Origin: Hypanus sabinus
Lineage: Eukaryota
Direction: 5' to 3'
Length of the DNA stretch: 64,000 bases
Assembly (NCBI RefSeq): GCF_030144855.1
Contig: NC_082721.1
Location: 43,958,001 to 44,022,000, forward strand
Below, piece after piece: positions 51,180 through 62,660 of this stretch. The translations under genes and the position numbers were made by a program. A model generated the notes under the pieces. That model saw only the letters and a program-made list of their open reading frames with translations, was not told where the DNA came from and searched no databases. Numbering within the stretch: position 1 is the stretch's first letter; each line of letters opens with the position of its first letter.

Positions 51180-51790
51180 ATTAGCCTGGCCAATTGATTG
51201 AGTTCAGTGGGAGAGTATTTAGTGAATACTGATCAAAAACACTTAGGACAAATATAAAGAAGGACAAATTTGGAAGTTGGGGGGTTTTGCACTGAGTAAA
51301 TTAGTGGAAGGCAAATTTCAGCATTATTAAATAAGAGGTAGGGGGGTATATTTGGAGCAGATGTTATTAGAATTGTTCGTATCTGGCATGTGGGGTTGTT
51401 TAATGGGACTGTCATGTTCCAATAGAGAGGGATGAAAATATTCAAAGGTTGCAGAATCCTGGATGATTAGGGATGTGGCAGATTCAGTCGAAAAGGATGA
51501 GAAAGCATATGTAAGATTCACAAAGCTGATAATAGGCAGCTCTCTGAATGAATAAACAGAAATAGAAGAGAGCTCAAGAAGAGAAGTAGGAGATCCAAAA
51601 TTAGCCATGAGATCTTCTTGGTGAGTAGGATTTTAAAAAATCAAAAGGCATTTTATCAGCATATTAAAACCAAAATAGTTTTTTGACCAGATGAGAAAAA
51701 TTATTGCTGAGGATTAGGCAGTGCATGTAGTGTACACAGACTTCCTGATGGAAGGCTGATCCAGAACTCTAGTCTATATGAGATCTATGA
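51180..51790 (+). mobile_element. Highly decayed CR1 EN-RT linker fragment
   Basis: gcatatgtaagattcacaaagctg...gagctcaagaagagaagtaggagatccaaaattagccatgag matches the CR1 linker. Confidence 0.5.
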
Positions 51791-51824
51791 TAACTTGGTC
51801 GACTGACTTTTAAATTACGGCTGA

Positions 51825-51970
51825 ACAGTAGTGTAGTTGTCAGCATAACAACATTACAATGCAGCAACATGGGTTCAACTTCTGTTTGTAAGGATTTTGT
51901 TTGAACTCCCCTTGACCAGGTAGGTTTCCTCTGGATGCTCTAGTTTCCTCCCACACTGCAATCCTGTATG
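51825..51970 (+). mobile_element. tRNA-derived V-SINE-like fragment
   Basis: Decayed A/B boxes (tagtgtagttg, gggttcaact) followed by the V core ggtttcctctggatgctctagtttcctcccac. Confidence 0.6.
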
Positions 51971-52054
51971 ATTTATTTGTTTATTTGAGGCATGGATGCA
52001 ACTGGAAGGGGTCCAGTGGAAGTCCGAGGGAGGTTTCGCTAGATAATCATAATA

Positions 52055-52200
52055 AAATAAACTGGAGAAGGGTCTCAGCCCAAAATATTGACTGTTCACT
52101 CTTTTCCACAGATGATACTATCCTGCTGACTTCCTTCGGCATTTGTGTGCGTTGCTTTGGATTTCCTGCATCTGCAGACTTTCCCATGTTTACCCTTCTG
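52055..52200 (+). repeat. Penelope-derived 3' remnant
   Basis: gaagggtctcagcccaaaatattgactgttcactcttttccacagatg...gcatctgcag. Confidence 0.65.
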
Positions 52201-52379
52201 CTGTTTTGACAACCATGCGTTATTTTCAGTTGACATGTCCGGTACCCAGTGAGACTTCATGCGCCACCTTCTGAAGATGCAACCTCTCACTTTCCCCTCT
52301 ATGAAACCGACATTACAGCTGACAAGCACAGAATTGAAGGGCACATATTGGGGACACAGTACTAGAAAGCGAACTCAAT

Positions 52380-54550
52380 AACAGAAATGATTAATTCATG
52401 TTTATTTCTTAGGAAATAGGGCAGGGGCCCAAACAAAGATGTTCAGAATGTCCTGAGCTGCAGGTGGTGTGCAGGAAGTTTGGACTAGAGCTCAAGTTGT
52501 TCCGTTCTTTAAGAAAGGCTCTAAGAAAAATATAGGTTGTTGACTCTGACGAAAGTAGTTACTAAGTTTTTGGAAGACATTCCAAGAGACGGGGTATATA
52601 AGTATTTGGGTAGACGGGGCGGATAAGAGATAGTCAATGTTGCTTTATATGCGGTAGGTCATGCCTAACCAATCTTAGGAGTTGTTTTGAGGAAGTTACC
52701 AGAAAAGCTGATGAAGGCAAGGGTATGGATGTTGCCTTAATGGACCATCAAGACCTTTGACAAGGTCCCACATGGGAAATTGGTCAAGAGATTTAAGTTG
52801 CATGGTAGTCCAGTAATTGGCATTGTGGGAAAAGCCAGAAAGCAGTGGGAGATTGCCTCCTCTCTGACTGGAGGCCTGTGACTACTGGTGAGCTAAAGAG
52901 ACTGATGCTGTGTCTGTCTGAAGGTAGATAAGTCAGCTGGACCAAAGGCTGTACACCCCAGAGGTGGCTGAAGAGATTGTGGAGGCATTAGTAATGACAT
53001 TTCAAGAATAACTAGATTCTGGAATGGTTCTGGAAGACTGGAAAGTTACAAATGGCACTACTCTTCAAGAAGGTAGAGAGGCAGAAGAAGAGAAACTATA
53101 TGTCAGGGAGTCTGCCCTCAGTGGTTGGGAAGATGTTGGAGTCGATTATTATAGATGAGGTCTCAGGGTACTTTGAAGCATATGATAAAATAGGGCATAA
53201 TCAGCCTGTTTTCCTCAAGAGAAAATTTTGACTGACAAATGTGTTGGAATTCTTTGAAGAAATACCAAGCAGGATAGACAAAGGGGCAAACACGAGGAAA
53301 TCTGCAGATGCTGGAAATTCAAGCAACACACACAAAATGCTAGTGGAGCACAGCAGGCCAGGCAGCATCTACAGGAAGAAGCACAGTCAACATTTCGGGC
53401 CGAGACAAAGGAGAAATGGTTGATGTTGTGTACTTCGATTTTCAGAAGCCTTAGACAAGGTGCCACACATGGGGCTGCTTAATAAGCTACAAGCACGTGC
53501 TCCTACAGGAAATATTTAAGCATGGATAAAACAGAAGCTGATTGGCAAGAAGCAAAGAGTGGGCATAAAAGGAGCCTTTTCTGACAGGCTGCAGGTGACC
53601 ATTGGTGCTCCACAGGGGTCTGAGTTGGAACCATTACTTTATATGTCAATCATGTGGATGATGGAATTCATGGCTTTGTTGCAAACTTGCAGAGGATGTG
53701 AAGATAGGTATAGTGGCAGGTAGTTTTGAAGAAGTAGAGAAGCCACAGAAGAGTTTAGACAGATTAGAAAAATAGGCAAGGAAATAGCAGATGGAATGCA
53801 GTGTCTTTAGAAGTGAAAGAATTAACTATCTTCTAAATAGAGAGAAAATACAAATATCTGAGGTGCAAAAGGCTTTGGGATCCCTAATGCAAGATTCCCT
53901 AAAATTTAATTTGCAGGTTGAATCTGTGCTGAGGAAGTCAAATGCAATGTTTGCATTCATTTCAAGAGGACTAAAATATAAAAGCAAGGAGGTAAGGTTG
54001 AGACTTTATAAAACACTGGCAAAGCCTCACTTGGAGCATTGTGTGCAGTTTTGAGCCCCTTATAAAGCATGTGCTGAAACTGGAGAGGGTTCAAGTGAGG
54101 TTCATGAAAATGATTCCAGGATTTAATGGCTTGTCATAACGAAAAGCGTTTGATGGCTCTGGGCCTGTATTCGCTGGAAGTCAGAAGAATGAGTGGTGAC
54201 CTCATTAAAACCTATTGAATGATGAAAGGCATTGATAGGGTGGATGTGAAGAGGAGTCCTATGGTGGGAAAGTTTAAGACCAGAGGACACAGCCTCAGTA
54301 TAGAAGGGCTTCCTTTTAAAATGGAGATTAAGAAAAAATCCTTTAGCTGGAGAGTGGTGGATCTGTGGAATTCTTAGGCAGCCGTGGGGGCAAGAATTTA
54401 TTCATATTTTAGGCAGAGGTTAATAGGTTCTTGATTGGTCAGGGCTTGAAGGTGTATGGAGAGAAGGCAGGAGGTCTGGGCTGGGAGGAAAATTGGAACA
54501 ACCATGAAGGGCCAAATGGGCTAATTCTTCTCCTGCATCTTATGGTCTTA
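52380..54550 (+). mobile_element. Two abutting CR1 fragments (RT at 52380-52900; RT to 3' end at 52905-54550)
   Basis: KTFDKVPH at ~52750, DFQKP-DKVPH at ~53440, CR1 3' tail ttatggtcttatggtc at ~54540. Confidence 0.8.
53285..53402 (-). repeat. Penelope-derived short insertion in CR1
   Basis: Family 3' end in reverse, flanked by duplicated agacaaagg (53276-53284, 53403-53411). Confidence 0.75.
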
Positions 54551-56175
54551 TGGTCATTCATATAAACAAACTGAATGCTAATGTGGTAAACTGAATCAAC
54601 AAATCTGCAGATGACACTAAGATTGGTGAAGAATGGACAAGCCATGCTTGAAGTACATTCTTGTTCAGCTACAAGAATGGGCAGAAAAAAATCCAGATCG
54701 GATTTAATGCTGACAATTGTGGGTTGTTGGAATCTTAAGGGAAGATATTGCCTCACATTCTGCTGGAATTCTTTGAGGAAATAAAAAGCACATAGTCAAA
54801 GGTAAATTGGTGGATGCTGTGTACTTGGATTTTCAGAAGGCCTTTAACAGGGTGCCACACATGAGGCTGCTGAACAAGATAAGAGCGCATGGTATTGCAG
54901 GAAATGTACTAGCATTGATGAAGCACTGGCTGGTTGGCAAGAGGCAAAGTGTGGTGCAGAAACTGAGACATATTAGGAGATTGGACAATGTTGTGGCAGA
55001 TGAAATTTAGTGCCAGGAACTGCATGGTGATGTACTTTGGTAGAAGGAATAAAAGTACAAAACTATTTTATAAACAGAAAGAAGATTCAAAAATCTGAGG
55101 TGCAAAGTGACTTTGGAATCATCATGCAGGATTCCACGATGGTTAATTTGCAGGTTGAGTCTGTGGTGAGAAAGACAAATGCAATGTGAGCATTCATTTT
55201 GAGAGGACTACAATATAAAAACAAGGATGTAATTTTGATGCTTTATGAGGCATTTGTGAGACCTCACTTGGAGTATTGTAAGCTGTTTTGTCCCCTTACT
55301 TAAGAAAGCATGTGCTGACATTGGAAAGGGTTCGGAGGACAATCGTGGGAAGGATTCCAGGAAGTAAAGGCTTATCGTATGAGGAGCGTGTGATGGCTCT
55401 GAGCATTTTTTTTCTGAAACTCAGATAATTGAGGTGGGGAATTCATCAAAACCTGCTGAAAGTTGAAGGACCTAGAAAGAGTGGATGTGCTGATGATGGT
55501 TCCTATGGTGACTGAGTCAAGAACCAGAGGTCTCTGCCTCAGACTAGTGAGATGCCCATCTGGAACAGAGATGAGGTGGAATTTCTTTACATGGAGGGTG
55601 TTGAATCTGTGGAATTCATTCACAGGTGGCTGTGGAGGCCTGGTCATTTGATGTTTTTTATGCAGAATTTGACAAGTTATTGATTAGTTCAGGCATTAAA
55701 GGTTAAGGGGGAAGGCAGGAGAATGAGCTTAGAGGGAAATGGATCAGCTGTGATAACGCTTATGGTCTGTGGTCCTTTGGAAATGCAATTTTGTCCCTCT
55801 TTTATTCTTTATATATATCTGAAAAATTATTTTGCATCCACTTTTATATTATTGGCTAGTTTACCTTCATATCTTTTCTCCCAGATGTAAAAAGTTCTGG
55901 TTTAAAATGGTGCATCAGAAGGTTGGCAACAACTTACTAAGTTTACTGAGAGCTCTCAAAGCAAGGATCGCAACTAGATAATTTATTAATGACACTATCC
56001 ATAAAAAAATAATAGTGAATGATCTCTGCAAACAGCAAAGAGGCAGGTGAAGGTGAAGATGACTGGAGGATCGAGATATGTTCAAGGAGAAGAGGTCGAA
56101 GTCAGAGATGGAGTTGGAGTGAGCGGAGTGGAGAAAAGTCAGTGCAGAGGAATTTTCAAGCCCATCCACCTATAC

Positions 56176-58420
56176 CGGGGGTCGGCAACCTGCGGCTCCC
56201 GAGCCATTTGTGGCTCTTTCACCTCTGTGCTGCGGCTCCCTGTGGCTTTGGGAAATAATTGGTCAGTATTTAATTAAAATGTATTTTATGTTAGTTTGTT
56301 AGCTTTTGAAATGTAATTCTAAATTTGAAGATTATGGTGATCTTGTACAATCTAAGTGTGGCGACACATTTCCTGGCAGATCCGAAATGGCTCACAATTA
56401 GCCAGCATTCCGGCTAAGGGAGATAGCCTACGGGGGTTTGTGAGTACGCGTCTTTTGCAGCATCTGCGTCCATGGGGGCTGGGTTGAGGGAGGCTTAAAA
56501 GCAAGGCTGTTTAGTTCGAATAAAATTATTCGACTGCAGTTTACTGACTGCGTGAGCACACCGCTACAACGTGTTTTTATCGCTATTAATATACGTCACC
56601 ACTGCCAATACCTGACACCCGCCAGTGCGCGATTTCTTTAATTTTTCGATCCAAGGTAAGCCAACTATGGAGAATTCTAAAAAAAGAAAAGTGACTGAAG
56701 AAAACAGAACGTTTAATGATACGTGGACAGATTCATTTGCTTTCACTGTTGACGAGACTGGTTTACCGGTATGCTTAATATGCAATGAGAAACTAGCAAA
56801 CAACAAAAAGTCAAATGTCGCAAGGCATTTCCAGAATAAACACGCAGCCTTTGCTCAAAAATATCCGGATGGAGATGAGAGAAAAAAAGCCGTTTCGGAA
56901 CTGATGCGGAAGGTTGATCTGAGCAAAAATCATTTCCAGAAATGGATGAAGTCTGGAAAATCAACGACATACGCCAGTTATATTGACGCTCAGGAAATAG
57001 TCAGGCACGGGAAGCAGTTTACAGATGGTGAATATATAAAAGAATCTTTCATTAAGATTTCAGAACATCTATTCACGGACTTTAAAAACAAGAGTGAAAT
57101 TGTGCAGAAAATCAGGGATATGCCCCTCTCTGCAAAGACTGTCAAAGACAGAACCATAAAAATGGCAGAAGACATCACAAGACAGCAAATTAAAGACATC
57201 AATTCAGCTGTGGCCTACTCGATTGCCTGTGACGAGTCTAAAGACAAAGGTGATATTGAACAAATAGCGTTGTTCTGCCGGTATGTAAACTCTGCCGGGC
57301 CACAGGAAGAACTGATTGAGTTGATACCTCTAAAAGACCAAACACGGGGGGAGGACATCTGTGAGGCTGTCTTGAATTGTTTAAGAGCCAAAGGAATAAA
57401 GACCACCCATCTGGTGTCAGTAGCTACTGATGGGGCACCTGCTGCACAACACAGTCCAGTGGCTGTCCAAAGGGGAGGTGCTGAAACGCTTTGTCGCGTG
57501 TCTGAAAGAAGTGAAAACTTTCCTGGGCAGCAAAGGGCTCAACTTTCCTGAGCTGGAACAGCCAGAGTGGCTGGAAAAGCTACACTTCATGGTAGACATG
57601 ACAGCGCACCTGAACACGCTGAACACAGCTCTTCAACGGGGTAAGGACGTACAGCCCTGCACATGTTGGAGGATGTTTTGGCATTCGAGCGCAAGTTGAC
57701 GTTGCTTGCCAGAGATTTACAGAAAGGCACATTGTCTCACTTCCCCAATTTGAGAGAGTTCAAACAAGGTCACGACATGATAAATTCGGAGTATTTACAT
57801 TCTGCAATCATCGCAATGCAAACATCGTTTGGGAAACGCTTCTGTGAGTTCAGAGAGGAAAAAAACACATTATCCTTCCCGGTCACTCCCCTAAGCATTG
57901 ATCCATCCCTACTAAATACGACTGCATTGTCAGGTGTGAGTCAACCTGAACAAGTATGATAAATATTTTAATTGCCTATTATTTTACGTATATTCATATG
58001 TTTTCATTGTTCAGTGAAATAGTCCTTTTATTTTTCAGGTTGACAGCTGGCTGACGTTATTTTTGGTTTGCTGCTGGCGGCAAATTTAAGTTTGGCGTTT
58101 TTCATAAATACAAGAAGGACTCAAATAGACGTTGAGTATTTTACTTAAAAGTAACCTTCAACCCAACGTCTTTTTTTCGGAGTTCAAAATGTTTTTGTTG
58201 CATGCAGAAATGTAATTTCATTTTCTCTGCAGGAGTTCATCAATTTCATAAATGCAACACATTATAGTTTGTTTATACATAGCATAAAGGCAAAACAAAA
58301 CGTTGTATGCAGTGTTATTTCATTTTAAATGTCAAGCGGGTTTTGCGGCTCCCAGTGTTTTCTTTTCTGTGGGAAACGGGTCCAAGTGGCTCTTTCAGTG
58401 GTAAAGGTTGCTGACCCCTG
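56176..58420 (+). mobile_element. hAT (Buster-type) DNA transposon, internally deleted
   Basis: TIRs cgggggtcggcaacc / ggttgctgacccctg. Perfect 8-bp TSD ACCTATAC (56168-56175, 58421-58428) with central TA. Confidence 0.93.
56667..57950 (+). pseudogene. hAT transposase (GTF2IRD2/EPM2AIP1-like family), two internal deletions
   Basis: MENSKKRKV...PVCLICNEKL...RHFQNKH (BED-like finger), ACDES (first catalytic D), ATDGAP. Jumps at ~57440 to LLHNTVQWLSKGEVL and is cut at ~57947 before the catalytic E region. Confidence 0.88.
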
Positions 58421-59987
58421 ACCTATACTGAGAGTGAGGTTTGTTTGATATAAGTGCTGGTCCAATTTGGAAAGGTTGAGTATGGGCCAGAATGTGGCAG
58501 TGGGATCCAGGCCCAGAGTGTAACAATGCAACAGGGCTTATGTCCAAAAGTGAGGAATGACCTGATTTTTTGCATGATTTAACTGCCGGGATGGATGATT
58601 GGGACGTGCCTGTTCTGACGTGCCACTCCACATTGTTTCCTCCGCTCTTTGCTGCACTAAGACTGATGCTGTGTGCCTGGTACAGCTACTCCAGGCTTCA
58701 TGTCTGTGGGCTCCACAACATATTGCTCTGTTGTGTGATGAACTGAGCCTAAAGCTGTGGGCTTTGTGTCTATGGACTCAAGACCATTCTGAATGTTGTT
58801 TGCTTGTTTTTATTGCTTGCACAATTGATTATTTTTCTCTCTCTGCACATTGGGTGTTTGTTGGATGTTTTTCAATGGGTTTCATTGGGGTTACTTGCTT
58901 TGTGGCTGCCTGCAAAGAGACAAATTTCAAGGTTGTATAATGTATACACACTTTGTTAATAAATACACTTTGAACTTTGAATTTTGAACTTTTTATGGGT
59001 TTTTTTCATTGCCTTCAATTGGTTTTTAAAAGCTTCCAAATCTCCTTATTTCTTACAAATGTTTTCAATCTTATTTACCCTCTCTTTTGCATTTATGCCT
59101 GTACTGTACTTCTATGTTCTATTCTCTATGTTCTATGTTAAAATACATACAACATGTACAAGTCAGTCTGTGAATAGTTTACTTTTATGATATAAACTTA
59201 GAAATCAAATTAAAAAGCGATTCAATAAATGTTCAAAAGAAGTCTCAGGAGGTTTACTGATCCTTTAAAATTAATTTCTGGCATCTGGATAATGCTGGCA
59301 GGCCTGATATCAATTGCCAATCACTTGAGGGAGGGATGGTGAACTGTGGTCTTGCACTGCTAGTGTCCTTCTGGGGAAGGTACTCCCACAGTGATCTCAG
59401 GGAGGATGTTCTTGAACTTAGGTGAAGGACTAGTGAAACATTTCCAGGTCTAGATGGCTTGCCTGTTGAAGGGGAGCCTGCAGGTGGTGATGTTTCTCTG
59501 AAACTTGTACACTTGTCCCAGCCATTTTTACAGTATGCCAAGGACCCCTACCATTAACCAAGGTACCGTGGACCCTAGGTTTGGAACTCCTGCTCTAGGT
59601 GGTCGAGGTGGTGGTTTGGGAGCTGCATTCGGAGGAGATGAGTAAGTAGCTAAAGTGCATTTTGTTTATATTCCACACTGCAGCTATGGAGGTGAGGTGG
59701 AGATGGAGGGTATAAATATTTAGAGGAGTTATTCCAGATGGTAGTAATCAAGAGGGTTGCTGCTTGCTGGATGATGTTAAACTTCTGCAGAGTTGTTACA
59801 ACTGATTAGTGGAGAGTGGAGAATGAAGAATTCATTTGTAGAATATAAATCAATTTACTAATTTTCCAAATAACCCTGAACTGAAGTCCCATTATACACC
59901 TTGCCTTACCTCTCTATTCCTTTAATTTCAATGGAAAGGAAACCAAGCTTTGGCAAAGGAAGTCGTTGGTATGGGGCTGAATTCACT

Positions 59988-60480
59988 GTCATCCTATGGG
60001 ACAGGCTGCATCACTGTCCAGTATGGGGAAGGTGGATTCACTGCACAGGGTTGAAAGAAGCTAGAGAAAGATGTGAAATTGGTCATCTCCGTCATGGGTA
60101 CTAGCCTCTGTAGTATACAAGACATCTTCAAGGAGCAGTACATCAGAAAGGTGGCATCCATTATTCAGGACCCCCATCACCCAGTGCATGCCCTGTTCTC
60201 ATCCTTACCATCAGGCAGGAGGTACAGAAGCCTGGAGTCACACCCTGAAAGATTCTGGAACAGCCTCTTACCCTCTTAAATCAAAAATAAAGTGGACATT
60301 GGACCCATTACTCACCTTTTTATCATTTCTGTTTTTTGCATAATTTGTAATTTAACTATTTAATATACAAATGCTAATTTATTGCAATTTATTTATTTAT
60401 TTTCCCTAAATTTATCATGTGTTGCATTGTACTGCTGCCACTACGTTAACATATGCTGCTGCTATTAAACTTGGTTCTGA
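59988..60480 (+). mobile_element. Rex1/Babar-like LINE 3' fragment
   Basis: ORF 60073-60279 IIQDPHHPVHALFSSLPSGRRYRSL. Confidence 0.75.
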
Positions 60481-60819
60481 TGGTGAAAACTTTTGCCTGT
60501 CCATCCTTTGATGTAACTAATGAATGCAATGTGCTGTCGACCCTGACTTTTTCTTCCATCATTTCTTCCTATCATTGCTAGACGTTTGAGCTTCTCTTTC
60601 CTCTGTACATGTCCCAGAAATTACGGCTGCCATTTCCTAATTGATGAGACCGATAATGGGTTGTGGATCGGAGAAGGGATGTGCAACAGGCAGAGAAGGG
60701 GGAGTTGGGTCCAATCCGCGGGAGTGTCCTTCTTCTCTCCTCCCACCCAGTATGAGAATGGTAAGAGCATGCAAGGTATGAAGACGTACAAGACGGAAAT
60801 CATTCCTGCGCTGATAATC

Positions 60820-60825
60820 TTTATT
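60820..60825 (-). terminator. Putative polyadenylation signal of the IgL gene
   Basis: AATAAA on the minus strand about 340 nt after the C-exon stop, the first canonical hexamer I found downstream. Confidence 0.55.
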
Positions 60826-61165
60826 AGCAGTTCTCAGCTGTCACCATCTGTCACTGATCAGAAGTCATTAGGGCACCCATTAATTATTTTAATTAAATCC
60901 ACCCCCGGTGACACAGAAAACTGTTCAGTGGTTTATGTTTCTGATAAAGCCAAATAACTAGCCACTTTTACCCCATGTAGCTTCTCGGCGGGAGAAAGAG
61001 AACAAAACCAGCCTCGGGTGCAAATATTCCAACAACAGTGAAAATTACAGCGAGCTGATCAGACACAGAGTACAGTGAGGAAAGTAATAAACGGGGTGAA
61101 AATGCAAAAAAAAAAAGGTTATCCCCTATTAATCAGGGAGCAAACAGTCCGAAGCCGCGCTCGGT

Positions 61166-61488
61166 TTAACAGCTGGATTGTGTGACTGTTGCGGATATTG
61201 TCGAGGCTGCTCCTTGCTGAACTGAGCAGGAGTACCTCTTCCCACTGCTCCAGTCTGCGCCGGGCACCGTCAGGTAGCTGCTGAGACTGAAGGTTTTGTC
61301 TGCATTCTGAGTCACCCCGCTGGTTTTCACCCCACTGCTCGTCGGACTGCCGTTCACTGTCCAGCTGACGACAGGGAAGCCCACCGACAATTTACTGACC
61401 AGGCAAACTAAGGTGCCGGTTCCTTTAGCGGAGATCTCCTCGGCTGACGGCCCAAGCAGTTTCACTGAAGGGTCGGGGAGCTGCTGAT
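61166..61488 (-). CDS. Ig light-chain constant (C1-set) exon, intact
   Basis: Acceptor ttcccgatccag. (D)QQLPDPSVKLLGPS...TLVCLVSKL...VSWTVNG...FSLSSYLTV...YSCSVQQG...TQSSC-stop has both domain Cys, the Trp and the terminal Cys for the H-L bond. Confidence 0.95.
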
Positions 61489-62640
61489 CTGGATCGGGAA
61501 CAAGAGGAGACATGAATGAGTCACTGAATATCTTGCGATATTCACATTTGGATGGAAGCGTGAGTGAAAGGTTCCAGCTTCCAAGAATGGGGCCCAGGGT
61601 TTCGCTAGGGTGCAAGGCAGTGTCGATGGAGGGCAGAGCATTTTAGTCAACACTGAAGGACTGGACGTTTGTGGCCAAATCCTGCAGAGTCGCTGGATTA
61701 CAACATCACCAGCTCATTGACATCAATTCCAGCTCTTGGGATCTTCCTCGGCCTGTGATACCAGTGACACGTTCCTTCCCTTTGCTCCATCCACTCATCA
61801 CCAATGTGCCCCCTCCCACCTGTGTCACCCACAGCTGTACTGTGAGTAAACCGGTTTCTTGCCTACACAGGCTGCAACGCAACATGTGCGTGGTCCTGAC
61901 TTTCACAGAGCTGGTTTGGGGAAGTCACACTGTGACGATGTGGAAGCAATTACTGTGGGCGAAGTAAGGTGGGATTCTCCCTAGACCCGAAGCTCTGGCC
62001 TGAGTCTGTGTAGCGACCGGAATCACTGAGCGGCCGGACCCCAAAAGGAGCAGTGTTCAGTTGAAAAGGTGGCAGGAGAGAGGAGGGAAGAACCAGGGAA
62101 TTGGATGGGTGTCTGCAAGAGTGTTCTAGCCTGACCGGGAGAAATGGAAGTTCAGTGAAAGTTGGAGGGAGGTATCACCTGAAAATCCTCATACAATAAC
62201 TTGAAACTTGTAGTTGTGTTGTCTTGACAACCGTGGGCTACATCATATCCCCGGTGATACCCTCAGGCCGCATTCTGAGAAGCTGGAACTCCTCACGCTG
62301 GCTTCCAACAAACCAGAGCAAAAGTGGCCAAGCTGATAGGATTGAAACCGCGCAAACATGGAGTTGGATGGACAATTTCAGAAACGAAATATTAAAGTGC
62401 AGAGCCAGAGACACAACACACGGCACCAGCGAGAAAACACAACCGAAAAGACAGCTTGTTTAAAGGCGATAACAATTCACACACAACTCTATATTCACCG
62501 AACACAATTTCATCGACCCACGGTATGTGGAACGACCGGATCGTAAACTTGCGTTTTCATAATCAAATTCGCCAAGAAATAACAACGTATAAATTATTAT
62601 TTGCCAGGTGACCATATGCATGCAGCTCGAAATTGCAGGA

Positions 62641-62650
62641 GGGGTTTCCC
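62641..62650. promoter_or_regulatory. NF-kappaB-type site at the start of the J-C intron (with E-box CAGGTG at 62605-62610)
   Basis: GGGGTTTCCC fits GGGRNNYYCC, 10 nt inside the intron. Motif match only. Confidence 0.4.
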
Positions 62651-62660
62651 TGTCAGTTAC

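Larger units (their letters stand above)
54755..59990 (+). repeat. Segmental duplication, copy B (paralogous to 29200-32790), interrupted by a hAT element
   Basis: Shared idiosyncratic CR1 end (gatgtgctgatgatggttcctatgg; tgagcttagagggaaatggatcag) and a collinear flank through 59990. Confidence 0.85.

Noticed and set aside
51825-51880. tRNA gene
   Set aside because: Only decayed A/B boxes followed by a V-SINE core, with no cloverleaf.
61489-61615. N-terminal ~41 aa of the predicted ORF 61166-61615
   Set aside because: This is intron read-through. The real C exon starts after the acceptor at 61488.
61907-61934. Perfect heptamer CACAGTG (minus, 61934-61928) in the J-C intron as an RSS
   Set aside because: No nonamer at 12 or 23 nt. 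The nonamer-like cccaaacc is only ~6 nt away, and no V or J abuts the heptamer.
61950-61991. J-like FGSR on the minus strand as a second J segment
   Set aside because: It continues ENPTLLRPQ-stop rather than GTxLxV, with no RSS before it and no donor after it.
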